Source: Candidatus Heimdallarchaeota archaeon
GTDB taxonomy: Archaea > Asgardarchaeota > Heimdallarchaeia > Heimdallarchaeales > Heimdallarchaeaceae
NCBI GenBank assembly: GCA_018238545.1
Contig: JABCTC010000007.1
Coordinates: 1-64,000 of the forward strand
Length of the DNA stretch: 64,000 bases
Reading direction: 5' to 3'
Under the pieces are notes generated by a model, which was not told the DNA's origin, ran no database searches, and saw only the letters and a program-made list of their open reading frames with translations. Of this stretch, positions 9,167 to 18,186 are shown in pieces (the stretch's first letter is position 1; every line of letters starts with the position of its first letter). The translations under genes and the position numbers were made by a program.

Positions 9167-10690
9167 TTAATCCGTTTTTTTCTTGGATGCTTGTTTCTTC
9201 TTTGAAGATTCTGTACTTTTTCCTTCCTCTCTCTTTTCTTTGGTTCCTTCGTGATGATATTCAAGAGATTCTTCAATGTTTTGTATTAAATCAGAAAAAT
9301 TATTTGTTTCAATAATAACTTCGAAGAAATCACCTTCTCTAGATAATTTCTTAATCAATTTGTCATTTCTAGCTTCTAGGAAAACATCGTGTAATTTTAT
9401 TCCCTTTTTCTGTTGTTGTAAAGATGATTCATGAACAAAAAGATAAGTCTCTTCGTTATGATTGAGAGATGCTACTACTGGGACATCTATGGGGATCGTC
9501 TTACTCTTAACAAGGGCTTTAATTATAGTCGACGCTGTTTCCTTATCTAAAACATTATCTCCACTTATTATGCGATAGAATCTTTTCTCTTCAACTATCT
9601 CTGGTTTCTGAGCTATTTTATCTATTGCGAGTGCTGCTCTACCATGATAATCACTCAAATCACTTTCAAGCCGATTATATCGGTCCTCTCTGTCACCTAA
9701 AATAACAGCTAAAGCTAAACCAAACTTGCCTATTTGACACGCACCTTCTAACAACCATAAAAACTCCTTAATGTTGCGAGTTGGGTTGTGTTTTGATTCA
9801 TTTTCAATTATGTATATAGGTCCTATTAGCTTATTTATGTCCTCATTCTCCATGAGAATTGATATAAGACCAGTATTCAACTTTTTCGTCTCATCAGAAT
9901 CCAAGGAAGCAATGGTTCTCCATTCATCATCTTGATCTTTCATTGTGATGTTTAGTTGTGATAAGAAGGCAGTACATGCGTTTATATTCCCTGTTAATCC
10001 TAGAAAATAAGGGTTTATTGAATATTTGAGTGCAAGGTGAATAGGCTGGCTTTCTCTTCCAGCAATACATGTTCCTTTGGTTACAGTTAGAAATTGTTCT
10101 TTCACACCTTCCTCAAGTATTATTCCGTTAAACCCAATTAATGATTGGTCTTTATTATTCACCTGTTTTTTTGCTAAACTACCAATAATAGCTAGAGGGG
10201 AATGTTTCTGATAATCACCATTGAACCCCGCAGATATGAAGTAACACAAACCAGCATTTGAGACTGTGTTTGTTGGTAAATCTATTCCTTTTAGAGATAA
10301 TTCTTCTATATTCTCATTGGATATTTTTTCCAGTTCTTTCTTGGATAGCTCATGATGTATTATTACCCTTTTTTTATCGCTATCCTTGAAGATATTAGGG
10401 GGGATTTTCCTAAGACTAAGTCCAATAAAAACAATGGTTTGATATTCTAACTTCTTGATTCTTTTTTCGATGTAGGCTTTTTCCTTTGCATATATAACTT
10501 GAGATCCTATCTTATGTTCCTTTAAATTCTGTAATAATATCCCTGTTGCACAGAGATTATCTGGGCTTTCTAGAGTAACTATAATGACATTATCTTCAGA
10601 ATTGACTAATAATTGTGCAATTTTCTTAGCTTTCTTCTTTAATAAGAGATATTTATCATAAAGTCCATCATTAGCTGTCATAAAATTCAC
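9167..10690 (-). CDS. DHH/RecJ-like protein with degenerate catalytic motifs
   Basis: Position between uS15 and Pcc; GRESQPIHLALKYSINPYFLGLTGN and WRTIASL typical of this family; motifs read ESPDN, IGLS, IIHH, GSLAK. Confidence 0.8.
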   Translation of the reverse strand: MNFMTANDGLYDKYLLLKKKAKKIAQLLVNSEDNVIIVTLESPDNLCATGILLQNLKEHKIGSQVIYAKEKAYIEKRIKKLEYQTIVFIGLSLRKIPPNIFKDSDKKRVIIHHELSKKELEKISNENIEELSLKGIDLPTNTVSNAGLCYFISAGFNGDYQKHSPLAIIGSLAKKQVNNKDQSLIGFNGIILEEGVKEQFLTVTKGTCIAGRESQPIHLALKYSINPYFLGLTGNINACTAFLSQLNITMKDQDDEWRTIASLDSDETKKLNTGLISILMENEDINKLIGPIYIIENESKHNPTRNIKEFLWLLEGACQIGKFGLALAVILGDREDRYNRLESDLSDYHGRAALAIDKIAQKPEIVEEKRFYRIISGDNVLDKETASTIIKALVKSKTIPIDVPVVASLNHNEETYLFVHESSLQQQKKGIKLHDVFLEARNDKLIKKLSREGDFFEVIIETNNFSDLIQNIEESLEYHHEGTKEKREEGKSTESSKKKQASKKKTD

Positions 10691-10735
10691 AGTATAAAAA
10701 CAGAAATGAATTAAAAAATAAAAGAGTATCGAATC

Positions 10736-11188
10736 TTATAGTAAAAGCCCTGCTGTTTTTGGGTCATATTTCCAATTTGTTGGGAAAACGCCTTTCTTTT
10801 TGTAGAACTTAACTAACCGTCGTATTTTAGCTTCAATTAATTGCAATCCCCTTTTACTATGAAGATCTTTCTTGTTTTCTTCAAGATGTTTTCTTAGATG
10901 CATAGCTTTTCTAACTAAGTTGGTTAAATCTTCGGGATATTTTGGTTGTAAATTTAATTCCTTTACAACTGTTGACAGTTTCTTTCCTAATACTTCCTTG
11001 ACGCCAGGGACACCATATTGGTCTCTTAGGATTGTTCCTATCATTGCTGTTGTAAGACCTTGTCTTTTTAATTCTTCAACCTTTTTTGCAATTTCTTTCT
11101 TGTCAATAGCCATCCATTCAGGAGCTTGATCTCTATAAGCTCTTGTTGAACCAGCTTTTCCACGTTTCCGTGCATGCATTCTTGCCAT
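10736..11188 (-). CDS. rps15: 30S ribosomal protein S15/S13e (uS15)
   Basis: MARMHARKRGKAGS, IGTILRDQYG, KDLHSKRGLQLIEAKIRRL. Confidence 0.97.
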   Translation of the reverse strand: MARMHARKRGKAGSTRAYRDQAPEWMAIDKKEIAKKVEELKRQGLTTAMIGTILRDQYGVPGVKEVLGKKLSTVVKELNLQPKYPEDLTNLVRKAMHLRKHLEENKKDLHSKRGLQLIEAKIRRLVKFYKKKGVFPTNWKYDPKTAGLLL

Positions 11189-11189
11189 A

Positions 11190-11780
11190 TTATTCACCAA
11201 ATATTTTATTGTTCTCGAAGGCGGTTAACGAGGTGAACATTTCACGAAGTGACTTTTGGCGATGGGAATATAAATTCTTGGTTGTAAGTGACATCTCTGC
11301 AAATGTTAATCCTTCATCTGTAGGTAAGAAAATGGGGTCAAAACCAAAACCCTTTGTTCCTCTTTTTTCCGTGAAAATTGTTCCATTTGTTTTACCAACA
11401 AACAGTTTGATTTTCCCATTAGCAAAGAAAGCTATGACAGATTTGAAATATGCTGCCCTATTTTCTTCATTTTTCATGAGATCTAAAATTCCTTCATTCC
11501 CTATTGTTTGAAATATGTAAGCAGAATATGGACCAGGAAAGCCATTCAAGCATTCTATGAATAATCCTGCATCTTCAACAAAAATATGTTTCTTCTTCAA
11601 TTCAGGTTTTATTTGAATGAGTTTTTTACAACTAGCGAGAGCAATATCTTCTAAGTCATTTGCTTGTATTTCCTCGTATTCAATGTTAACCCATTTTACG
11701 GACATTTTGTAGTTTTTCGCAATCTCAGAAGCTTCACTATATTTATGTTTATTATGTGTTATAAAATATACTTCCTTCAC
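11190..11780 (-). CDS. XTP/dITP diphosphatase (HAM1/RdgB)
   Basis: THNKHK, EDAGL...GFPGPYS, GFGFDPIF, SHR. Confidence 0.93.
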   Translation of the reverse strand: MKEVYFITHNKHKYSEASEIAKNYKMSVKWVNIEYEEIQANDLEDIALASCKKLIQIKPELKKKHIFVEDAGLFIECLNGFPGPYSAYIFQTIGNEGILDLMKNEENRAAYFKSVIAFFANGKIKLFVGKTNGTIFTEKRGTKGFGFDPIFLPTDEGLTFAEMSLTTKNLYSHRQKSLREMFTSLTAFENNKIFGE

Positions 11781-11913
11781 ACGTATCTTTTGAAATAGAT
11801 ATTTTTAGTCTTTCCATGTTTAAGAGTACTTTTTTGCTTTATCAGTAAGAAAGAGTTTAAATGTTACAAGTTGATAGTAAAGAACAATAACTGTTAGTAT
11901 AATTGGTGAGTAT

Positions 11914-12330
11914 ATGTTGGAACAATTAACCTTTTCTTATATTTATGATACAACTAACGAAATAGCGATATCCTCTGAAATATTAAACGCTTTATCAGAG
12001 GTTTCTAAAAACAGCAATATTCTAAGTATCTATTCAACAAACGCTAGAGCGATTTATTTCTTCCCCGTTTCCTCAGATGTCTACAAATTAAGCATTCAAA
12101 TTTTCCCACTTACACCTGAAATAGTAGCTAAAATAATGACAAAAATCGCGGAATTTTCAACCAAGGTCGTTTATAGTACAGGATTATGTTTAGTTGAAAA
12201 TAGATGTTTCTGGGAAGGTTTCCTACAAGAAAAGGATCTAACACAACCAATAACTGGTATTGAAGAAATTCTTAAATCAATAGCTGAAATTAAGGAAATA
12301 AAGATTGAAAAGGTTTATAGCTCACCCTGA
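11914..12330 (+). CDS. Hypothetical protein
   Basis: Clean 138-aa ORF with GGTGA SD-like site; no motif recognised. Confidence 0.6.
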   Translation: MLEQLTFSYIYDTTNEIAISSEILNALSEVSKNSNILSIYSTNARAIYFFPVSSDVYKLSIQIFPLTPEIVAKIMTKIAEFSTKVVYSTGLCLVENRCFWEGFLQEKDLTQPITGIEEILKSIAEIKEIKIEKVYSSP

Positions 12331-12332
12331 TT

Positions 12333-13280
12333 TTAGCTCAAACTGATTTTTATACCTAAGACACGAATGAATTCTTTGTATCTGTTTCTAAGTGTAACTT
12401 CTGTTATTTGGCAAGTCTTGGCGATTTCGTTCTGTGGGCATTTGGTCTTATTTTGGATTGCTGAAATATATAACGCTGCTGCAGCAAGCGAGTTTGGGTT
12501 CTTACCAACAGTTATTTTTGCTTCTTTAGCCCTTGCGAGTATTTCTTGAGCTTCAGTTAATACTTTGGGTGAAAACTCAAGTATTGAAGCAAATTTTGCT
12601 ATACTACTATCTGGGCTTGCTAAAGGCATCTTCAAATCTAGATGTTTCAAAAGTAATCTGAAATTTTTAGCTAATTTCTTTTTGCTTAATCTTGTTTTAT
12701 CTGAAACATCTTCTAAACTTGCTGGGTGTTTGTGTAATCTACATGCAAGATAGAGTGCTGCAGAAACTAAAGCTTCTGTTGAACGTCCTCGAACCAATCC
12801 TGTTTTGAGTATTTTTCGATAAATCATCGCAGCAGTTTCCCTTACTTTCAAAGTTAGATTCAATTGGCTGCTAATTCTCTTTATCTCATTCAAAGCTCTT
12901 AGTAGGTTCCTTTCAGTTCCATATTGAAGGACAGCTCTCCTTTGCAAGGTTCTTAATCTAAACATTTGACTAGCTTTTTCAGGAGACAAAGAGTTCCCAA
13001 AAATATCTCTGTTAGAATAATCAATCAATGTTCCATAATGGTCGTAGCTTAGAAGGTTTTTTGGTGTCCCTGTTCTGGCTCTATTAACATGTTGTTCTTT
13101 TGTATATGCACGCCATTCAGCTGTTTGATCTATATAGGAATCTTCTACTACTAATCCGCAGCTCCCACAACTTACTTCTCCTCTTGTCGAATCAAAAGCT
13201 AATCTGTTAGAATTACAGTCAGGGCATCTTGGTAGAGATGGCTCAGAACTAGTTACAATATTAATTGGTTGTGAGGGCAT
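12333..13280 (-). CDS. tfb: Transcription initiation factor IIB
   Basis: Zn ribbon CPDC...CGSCGLV, EWRAY, two cyclin repeats, TEVTLRNRYKE. Confidence 0.96.
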   Translation of the reverse strand: MPSQPINIVTSSEPSLPRCPDCNSNRLAFDSTRGEVSCGSCGLVVEDSYIDQTAEWRAYTKEQHVNRARTGTPKNLLSYDHYGTLIDYSNRDIFGNSLSPEKASQMFRLRTLQRRAVLQYGTERNLLRALNEIKRISSQLNLTLKVRETAAMIYRKILKTGLVRGRSTEALVSAALYLACRLHKHPASLEDVSDKTRLSKKKLAKNFRLLLKHLDLKMPLASPDSSIAKFASILEFSPKVLTEAQEILARAKEAKITVGKNPNSLAAAALYISAIQNKTKCPQNEIAKTCQITEVTLRNRYKEFIRVLGIKISLS

Positions 13281-13514
13281 AATTACACCAGATACTGTCC
13301 TTGGGTATATTTTAGCTGTCCCCTATTTAAATTTGGCTGAATCTTCCTTTTTTGTGAACTAATCACTTATTTATCTAATTAGAAATCTTCTAGTTGGGAA
13401 AAACACAAAGAATGAATTTGGTTAAATATGAAAACTGTTAAAAACAATCATCTTTGCAAATGTTAATTAGGTAAAGCAATAAACCTCTAGTAATTGTGTT
13501 ACGAGGCGTAAAAA

Positions 13515-13922
13515 ATGTCAGAAAAATCAAGACAACTCGAATTTAAGATTAACATTGGCGATAATGAAGGAAAGTGCTTTTCAAAAATTGTAAGAGATGC
13601 TCAAGCAACTGCCTTGATAGGTTTAAAAATCGGCGACAAAATAGATGGCAGTTTAATGGGTTTTCCAGCATATGAGTTCATAATTACTGGTGGAAGCGAC
13701 CGTGATGGATTTCCTCATCGATCAAACATTCAAGGTGCTGGAAGAAGAAAATATCTATTGAGTGGTGGAATCGGTTACAAAGTTCATAGAAAGGGACGAA
13801 GAATAAGGAAAACTGTACGTGGTAACATACTCTCAGAAACGTCTTATCAAATCAATATGAAAGTTTCAAAGAACGGAAACAAACCTCTCAATGAGTTAAT
13901 TGAAGGTAGCAGTTCCGAATAA
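13515..13922 (+). CDS. rps6e: 30S ribosomal protein S6e
   Basis: LIGLKIGD, ITGGSDRDGFP, RKTVRGN, QINMK. Confidence 0.96.
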   Translation: MSEKSRQLEFKINIGDNEGKCFSKIVRDAQATALIGLKIGDKIDGSLMGFPAYEFIITGGSDRDGFPHRSNIQGAGRRKYLLSGGIGYKVHRKGRRIRKTVRGNILSETSYQINMKVSKNGNKPLNELIEGSSSE

Positions 13923-13961
13923 CTCCTTTTATAGACACTAAAAAATTAAAAGAAAAACTAC

Positions 13962-14504
13962 TTAATCAGTTTTAATTTTCTTTTCAGTTTTAGTTTTCTT
14001 TTTGGTGGTTTTTGCTACTTTTGCTTTTTCTGGTCTATCTACTTTGTCTTCTTCTAAGAAAAATATGTAGAAAATTGAAGCGATTATTACTGCAATCAGC
14101 ACACCAAAAATAGTCCATTGCATTCCAGCTGTAAAGTTCGATGGTAAACCACTACCTCTTGGACGAATGGATGTAATCAACCATGTAATTAGAATTGCTA
14201 TTATTGAGCTTGTAATAAAAGTCCCCCATGAAGGAAGCTTTGCTCTCATTTCACTCCAAATTGCCAACGAAATCAACAAGAAGAAGTAAAATAGCGATAA
14301 GAGAGTTATTTCTGCTACAACTAATCCCCAGCTATAATGTGGCACATCTTGATCGACAAAATACCATATCCTCAAGAAACCTGCTGTTTCATAGCTGAGA
14401 GAAGCAAATATGATGGCTACAATTAAGGTCCCTATTACTATAATTGAACTAATAAGAAGTGTTCTATTTTTATCATTTTTCCAAAGTGTTTGATATATAC
14501 TCAT
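13962..14504 (-). CDS. Four-TM membrane protein, unknown function
   Basis: Four hydrophobic segments and a Lys-rich tail. Confidence 0.7.
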   Translation of the reverse strand: MSIYQTLWKNDKNRTLLISSIIVIGTLIVAIIFASLSYETAGFLRIWYFVDQDVPHYSWGLVVAEITLLSLFYFFLLISLAIWSEMRAKLPSWGTFITSSIIAILITWLITSIRPRGSGLPSNFTAGMQWTIFGVLIAVIIASIFYIFFLEEDKVDRPEKAKVAKTTKKKTKTEKKIKTD

Positions 14505-14682
14505 CTTCTGTGTATCTCCTTGCTCTTTTTCCAGTTCAAATATTTGAGTGGATTATTAGTAACCAGAGAGTTTTATCTCAATGCGTTTATTAATTTTTAG
14601 CTTTGCGATTTAAAGCACTGTCAAAATTTAACTATTTAATGTTTTTCATTTCTTTTAATTCCTCTTCATAGAGAGAAAGTTT

Positions 14683-15564
14683 TTGAAGAAACAACAATCT
14701 CATACATCTAGAGGAAAGTACATGAAAGACCCAGAAGCATTTACCTCTGATTCGGCTCTATCTTGTGAGAATTACGTTTCTGTAGATAATCTGAGAAATC
14801 TAAAACTTTTCTCTAAAATTGTTAAGCCATTAAGAATAAATCTCTTTTCAGTAGATGATTTAAACCTTGATAATGTGAACGAACTAATTACTTCGGATGA
14901 AGCAAAGAAATATAATGTCACATCGTTGATTGAAATATGCAATAGAACTGTAGGAAAGAAGTTTGGTTTAATGGATTTTAGGCAAACAATAAGGGACACA
15001 ATAATTGATGCGAATTTTGATATTCACATTTTAATCTCTAGAAAGACACTTGAAGAAGATTCTATTGAAAATCTAAAACGTAAATTGTCTGAATTAAGAA
15101 ATAAACATGAAATTATAGCCGTAAAGGCTGATGATATTAAGATCCTCAAATGGGCTGCACATGATAGAAGAGTAGATTACATAACTGTAGATCTTTTATC
15201 TAGCCACTTAACAATTGATAAAGCCTTATGTTCTTTGATGAAGCAACACAACAAATATTTTGAATTGACACTATCTCCGCTTCTTTTAAGTGATAACAAG
15301 TTAGTAAGCGCCGCAATTCGGTCTGGGAAGAAAATATTCAAACTAATTAGTTCAACAAACACCCATTTCATTCTTACTATGAATCCTAAATCCTGTTACC
15401 AGCTGAGAAATGGAATTCAGATTAGATATCTAGCACAATTACTAGATATTCCATTCAACAGAAGTAACAAGAGTGTTTTCGATAATCAATTAATAATTGC
15501 GTTGAAAAACACAATGAAACTAGATAGATCGAATATTGTCGATGGTATTAGGGAGGATGGTTGA
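14683..15564 (+). CDS. rnp3: RNase P protein Rpp30 (with N-terminal extension)
   Basis: HEIIAVK...KWAAHDRRVDYI...FELTLSPLL...YQLR; adjacent to Pop5. Confidence 0.8.
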   Translation: MKKQQSHTSRGKYMKDPEAFTSDSALSCENYVSVDNLRNLKLFSKIVKPLRINLFSVDDLNLDNVNELITSDEAKKYNVTSLIEICNRTVGKKFGLMDFRQTIRDTIIDANFDIHILISRKTLEEDSIENLKRKLSELRNKHEIIAVKADDIKILKWAAHDRRVDYITVDLLSSHLTIDKALCSLMKQHNKYFELTLSPLLLSDNKLVSAAIRSGKKIFKLISSTNTHFILTMNPKSCYQLRNGIQIRYLAQLLDIPFNRSNKSVFDNQLIIALKNTMKLDRSNIVDGIREDG

Positions 15565-15940
15565 AATGGTTGTAATCACTCGAGATAGATATGTTGTTTT
15601 CCAAGTTCTATCAGAAGAAGATTTGCCAAACCTTTCTTTGATAAAAGCCAAAATATGGGATGAATACCAAAAAATATTTGGTATAAGTGGAACAACAGGA
15701 GCAGGATTATTCTTTGATAATTATAAAGAAGGGGGAACAGGGATAATTCGATGTGATCATAAAGCTTTGTCGAACCTAATGGCAATTCTATCTAGAATCA
15801 CAAACATTAGCAATAAGGATGTAATTTTGATTCCCTTATATACGACAGGATTAGTAAACAAAGCAAAGAGCTATCTAAAAACATTAGAAAAACAAATCAT
15901 TAAAGAATTATCAGAAGGAAACAGAAATGGTAGATCATGA
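15557..15940 (+). CDS. rnp2: RNase P protein Pop5/Rpp14
   Basis: RDRYVVFQV, IFG, GIIRCDH, TTGLVNKAK. Confidence 0.85.
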   Translation: MVEMVVITRDRYVVFQVLSEEDLPNLSLIKAKIWDEYQKIFGISGTTGAGLFFDNYKEGGTGIIRCDHKALSNLMAILSRITNISNKDVILIPLYTTGLVNKAKSYLKTLEKQIIKELSEGNRNGRS

Positions 15941-16409
15941 AGAACCACGCGAGTTTAAGAAATTAAACAGACCCTCTTGGGACGACTATTTTATTCAAAT
16001 TGCAGAAATTGTGAAAACAAGGGCAACTTGTTTTAGAAGACAAGTTGGAGCTGTTCTTGTAAACGATAACAAACAAATCATTTCAACTGGTTATAATGGT
16101 GTTCCTAGAGGAGTGACGCACTGTACAATAAAAACTTGTACAAAATTATACGAAAAATCTGGAGAAAAAAACGAGATTTGTCCTGCTGTTCACGCTGAAC
16201 TTAATGCTATACTTCAAGCTGCAAGTGCTGGAATAAGTCCTGAGGGCACAACATTGTATTCCACAACTCGACCATGTAGTGGGTGTACAATGGCAATTAT
16301 CAATGTAGGGATAAAACGGGTGGTTTATGTGGAAGACTATACTGATCCTATACTCCGATCTGGATGGTTAGACATACCAGAGGTTATTTTTGAAAAATAT
16401 GAAAAATAA
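15927..16409 (+). CDS. dCMP deaminase
   Basis: RPSWDDYF, RQVGAV, TGYNG, HAELNA, PCSGC. Confidence 0.93.
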   Translation: MVDHEEPREFKKLNRPSWDDYFIQIAEIVKTRATCFRRQVGAVLVNDNKQIISTGYNGVPRGVTHCTIKTCTKLYEKSGEKNEICPAVHAELNAILQAASAGISPEGTTLYSTTRPCSGCTMAIINVGIKRVVYVEDYTDPILRSGWLDIPEVIFEKYEK

Positions 16410-16449
16410 TATATCCTGATTGTAAAAGAAAAACTTGATTTCATCCACT

Positions 16450-18012
16450 TTATGTAAGAAATGAAATAGTATCTGAATTTTTTCTGGTGTAAAGCATTTT
16501 ATTCTGAGAATCTACTAATACTCTTAAAGCTTTGATAATTTCTTCTGGATAGTAAGAATCCTTATCCGTATGGTTGATGGTTTTCAACTTGTTGTGATTT
16601 ATGAATATTGAAGAATCTCCGTGAGAGAAATTGATTTGATAAAGACTGGTTTCCACTACTTCCTCTTCTGTTTCTTTTGATATTTCCCCCTTGATTATTT
16701 CATCTTTTTGTAAATCTAGTACAAGATTTGGAGTTAAAATTATGTATCTCTTCACCTGATAAAGCTTAGTTGGCTTTTTAGATAATTCGATTGTTTTTAA
16801 AATATTAATATCTGAATCAAGAATGTGAATTGTCGAATTGTCTCCAACACAAATTAACCTATTATCATAGTAGAAAATGCCTTGAATGGATTTGTCATAT
16901 AGTTTTTTTGTGCTTAGTAGTTTAAGATTAGTAATGTCTAAAACGGTAATTTCACCGTCCCTAGACGCAATCACAACGTTCTTAGGCATAATACAGAGAC
17001 TAGAAATTGGTACAATTTTATCCTTCTTCTTTACTAAATTGAATGATTCATCATAGAGGCGTATTTCTCCAGATTCTAATCCTACTATCATTTTATTGGA
17101 TGGTAATACTGAAAGCGAAATAGGTCTATGTTCTAACTTATTTTGTATGATTAATTGTTTAGTACCAAAATCACTTTTTCTTAAATGAGAATCCATTGAA
17201 CTTGAGTATATATTATTATTTTTAATTTCTATACCTGTTATGTTTTTACCATGAAGGAAAACAATTTCCCTATTCTTTAGCTTATGTTTGTCCCATACTG
17301 AAATCATTCCTGCTACATGTCCTAATATAATGTTATACTCTGTAATTTTGCAGATAGTTGCGGGGATACCATTTACTCTTGCAAACTGCTGCAGAATATG
17401 TCTGGAATCTTTTCCTTGAAATTCAGTTATATCTTTTGATGCCTTTTTTATAGCTTTTATTATTGTTGAAGGTTTGACTGATAGATATTTTACAAACCCC
17501 AAATCCTCTGCTCTATATATTGAAATTAGACCATTATGGTGAGCAGTAATTATAATGTCATCTGCAATAAAAAATCTTTCCAAATCAGGAATTCTAACCT
17601 TATCGACCTCGACCAGCTTATTATTTTCTAGTTTCCATTTTTTGAGAAACTGATCTCTACTTGCGCTGATGATGTAATTTCTCCACGGTTTTGCCCCAAT
17701 TATGGTTGATGAATGTGCTCTCTTTGATTGTAGTAATTCTAAAGTTTTAAGAGACCATAATTTTATTTCTAAATTCTGCGACGTAGTGACGAAATACTTC
17801 GTATCAAAAATTCTTTGAATGTCAGTAATTGATGTGTTGTGGGCATAAATGCAAGCAATTTCTTTTTCTAACTCCTCATCCCAAATACAAATTCTCCCGT
17901 CTCTACCACCGGTGAAGATTTTACCATCCATTTCTTGAATTACTGTTACGCCCTTTAGGTGTCCTGGTTGATGATAAATAATCTCAGTCACATTAGAATT
18001 TGTTCCGCTCAC
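16450..18012 (-). CDS. WD40-repeat beta-propeller protein
   Basis: GH...TGGRDGRICIWD, AH...TSQNLEIKLWS, AH...SASRDQFLKKW and further repeats. Confidence 0.85.
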   Translation of the reverse strand: MSGTNSNVTEIIYHQPGHLKGVTVIQEMDGKIFTGGRDGRICIWDEELEKEIACIYAHNTSITDIQRIFDTKYFVTTSQNLEIKLWSLKTLELLQSKRAHSSTIIGAKPWRNYIISASRDQFLKKWKLENNKLVEVDKVRIPDLERFFIADDIIITAHHNGLISIYRAEDLGFVKYLSVKPSTIIKAIKKASKDITEFQGKDSRHILQQFARVNGIPATICKITEYNIILGHVAGMISVWDKHKLKNREIVFLHGKNITGIEIKNNNIYSSSMDSHLRKSDFGTKQLIIQNKLEHRPISLSVLPSNKMIVGLESGEIRLYDESFNLVKKKDKIVPISSLCIMPKNVVIASRDGEITVLDITNLKLLSTKKLYDKSIQGIFYYDNRLICVGDNSTIHILDSDINILKTIELSKKPTKLYQVKRYIILTPNLVLDLQKDEIIKGEISKETEEEVVETSLYQINFSHGDSSIFINHNKLKTINHTDKDSYYPEEIIKALRVLVDSQNKMLYTRKNSDTISFLT

Positions 18013-18061
18013 AAATATTGTGAATCTTAAATACTAATTAATATTTACATTATTGTAAAAT

Positions 18062-18128
18062 TTTGTGGCTCATTTCGTCGTAGGAACATCATTTGTCAGT
18101 CTGGGACGGTTAAATCACAGCCACAAAG
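18062..18128 (-). ncRNA. Box C/D guide sRNA
   Basis: Terminal stem UUUGUGGC/GCCACAAA; C box GUGAUUU, 12-nt guide, D' CUGA, C' AUGAUGU, 12-nt guide, D box AUGA (compensatory U-A in the C/D K-turn). Confidence 0.7.
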
Positions 18129-18186
18129 ACAAATTATCTTGCTTTCTTTTATCTATTCCTCTATGAGAGTTGGGAATATAGAAGAA

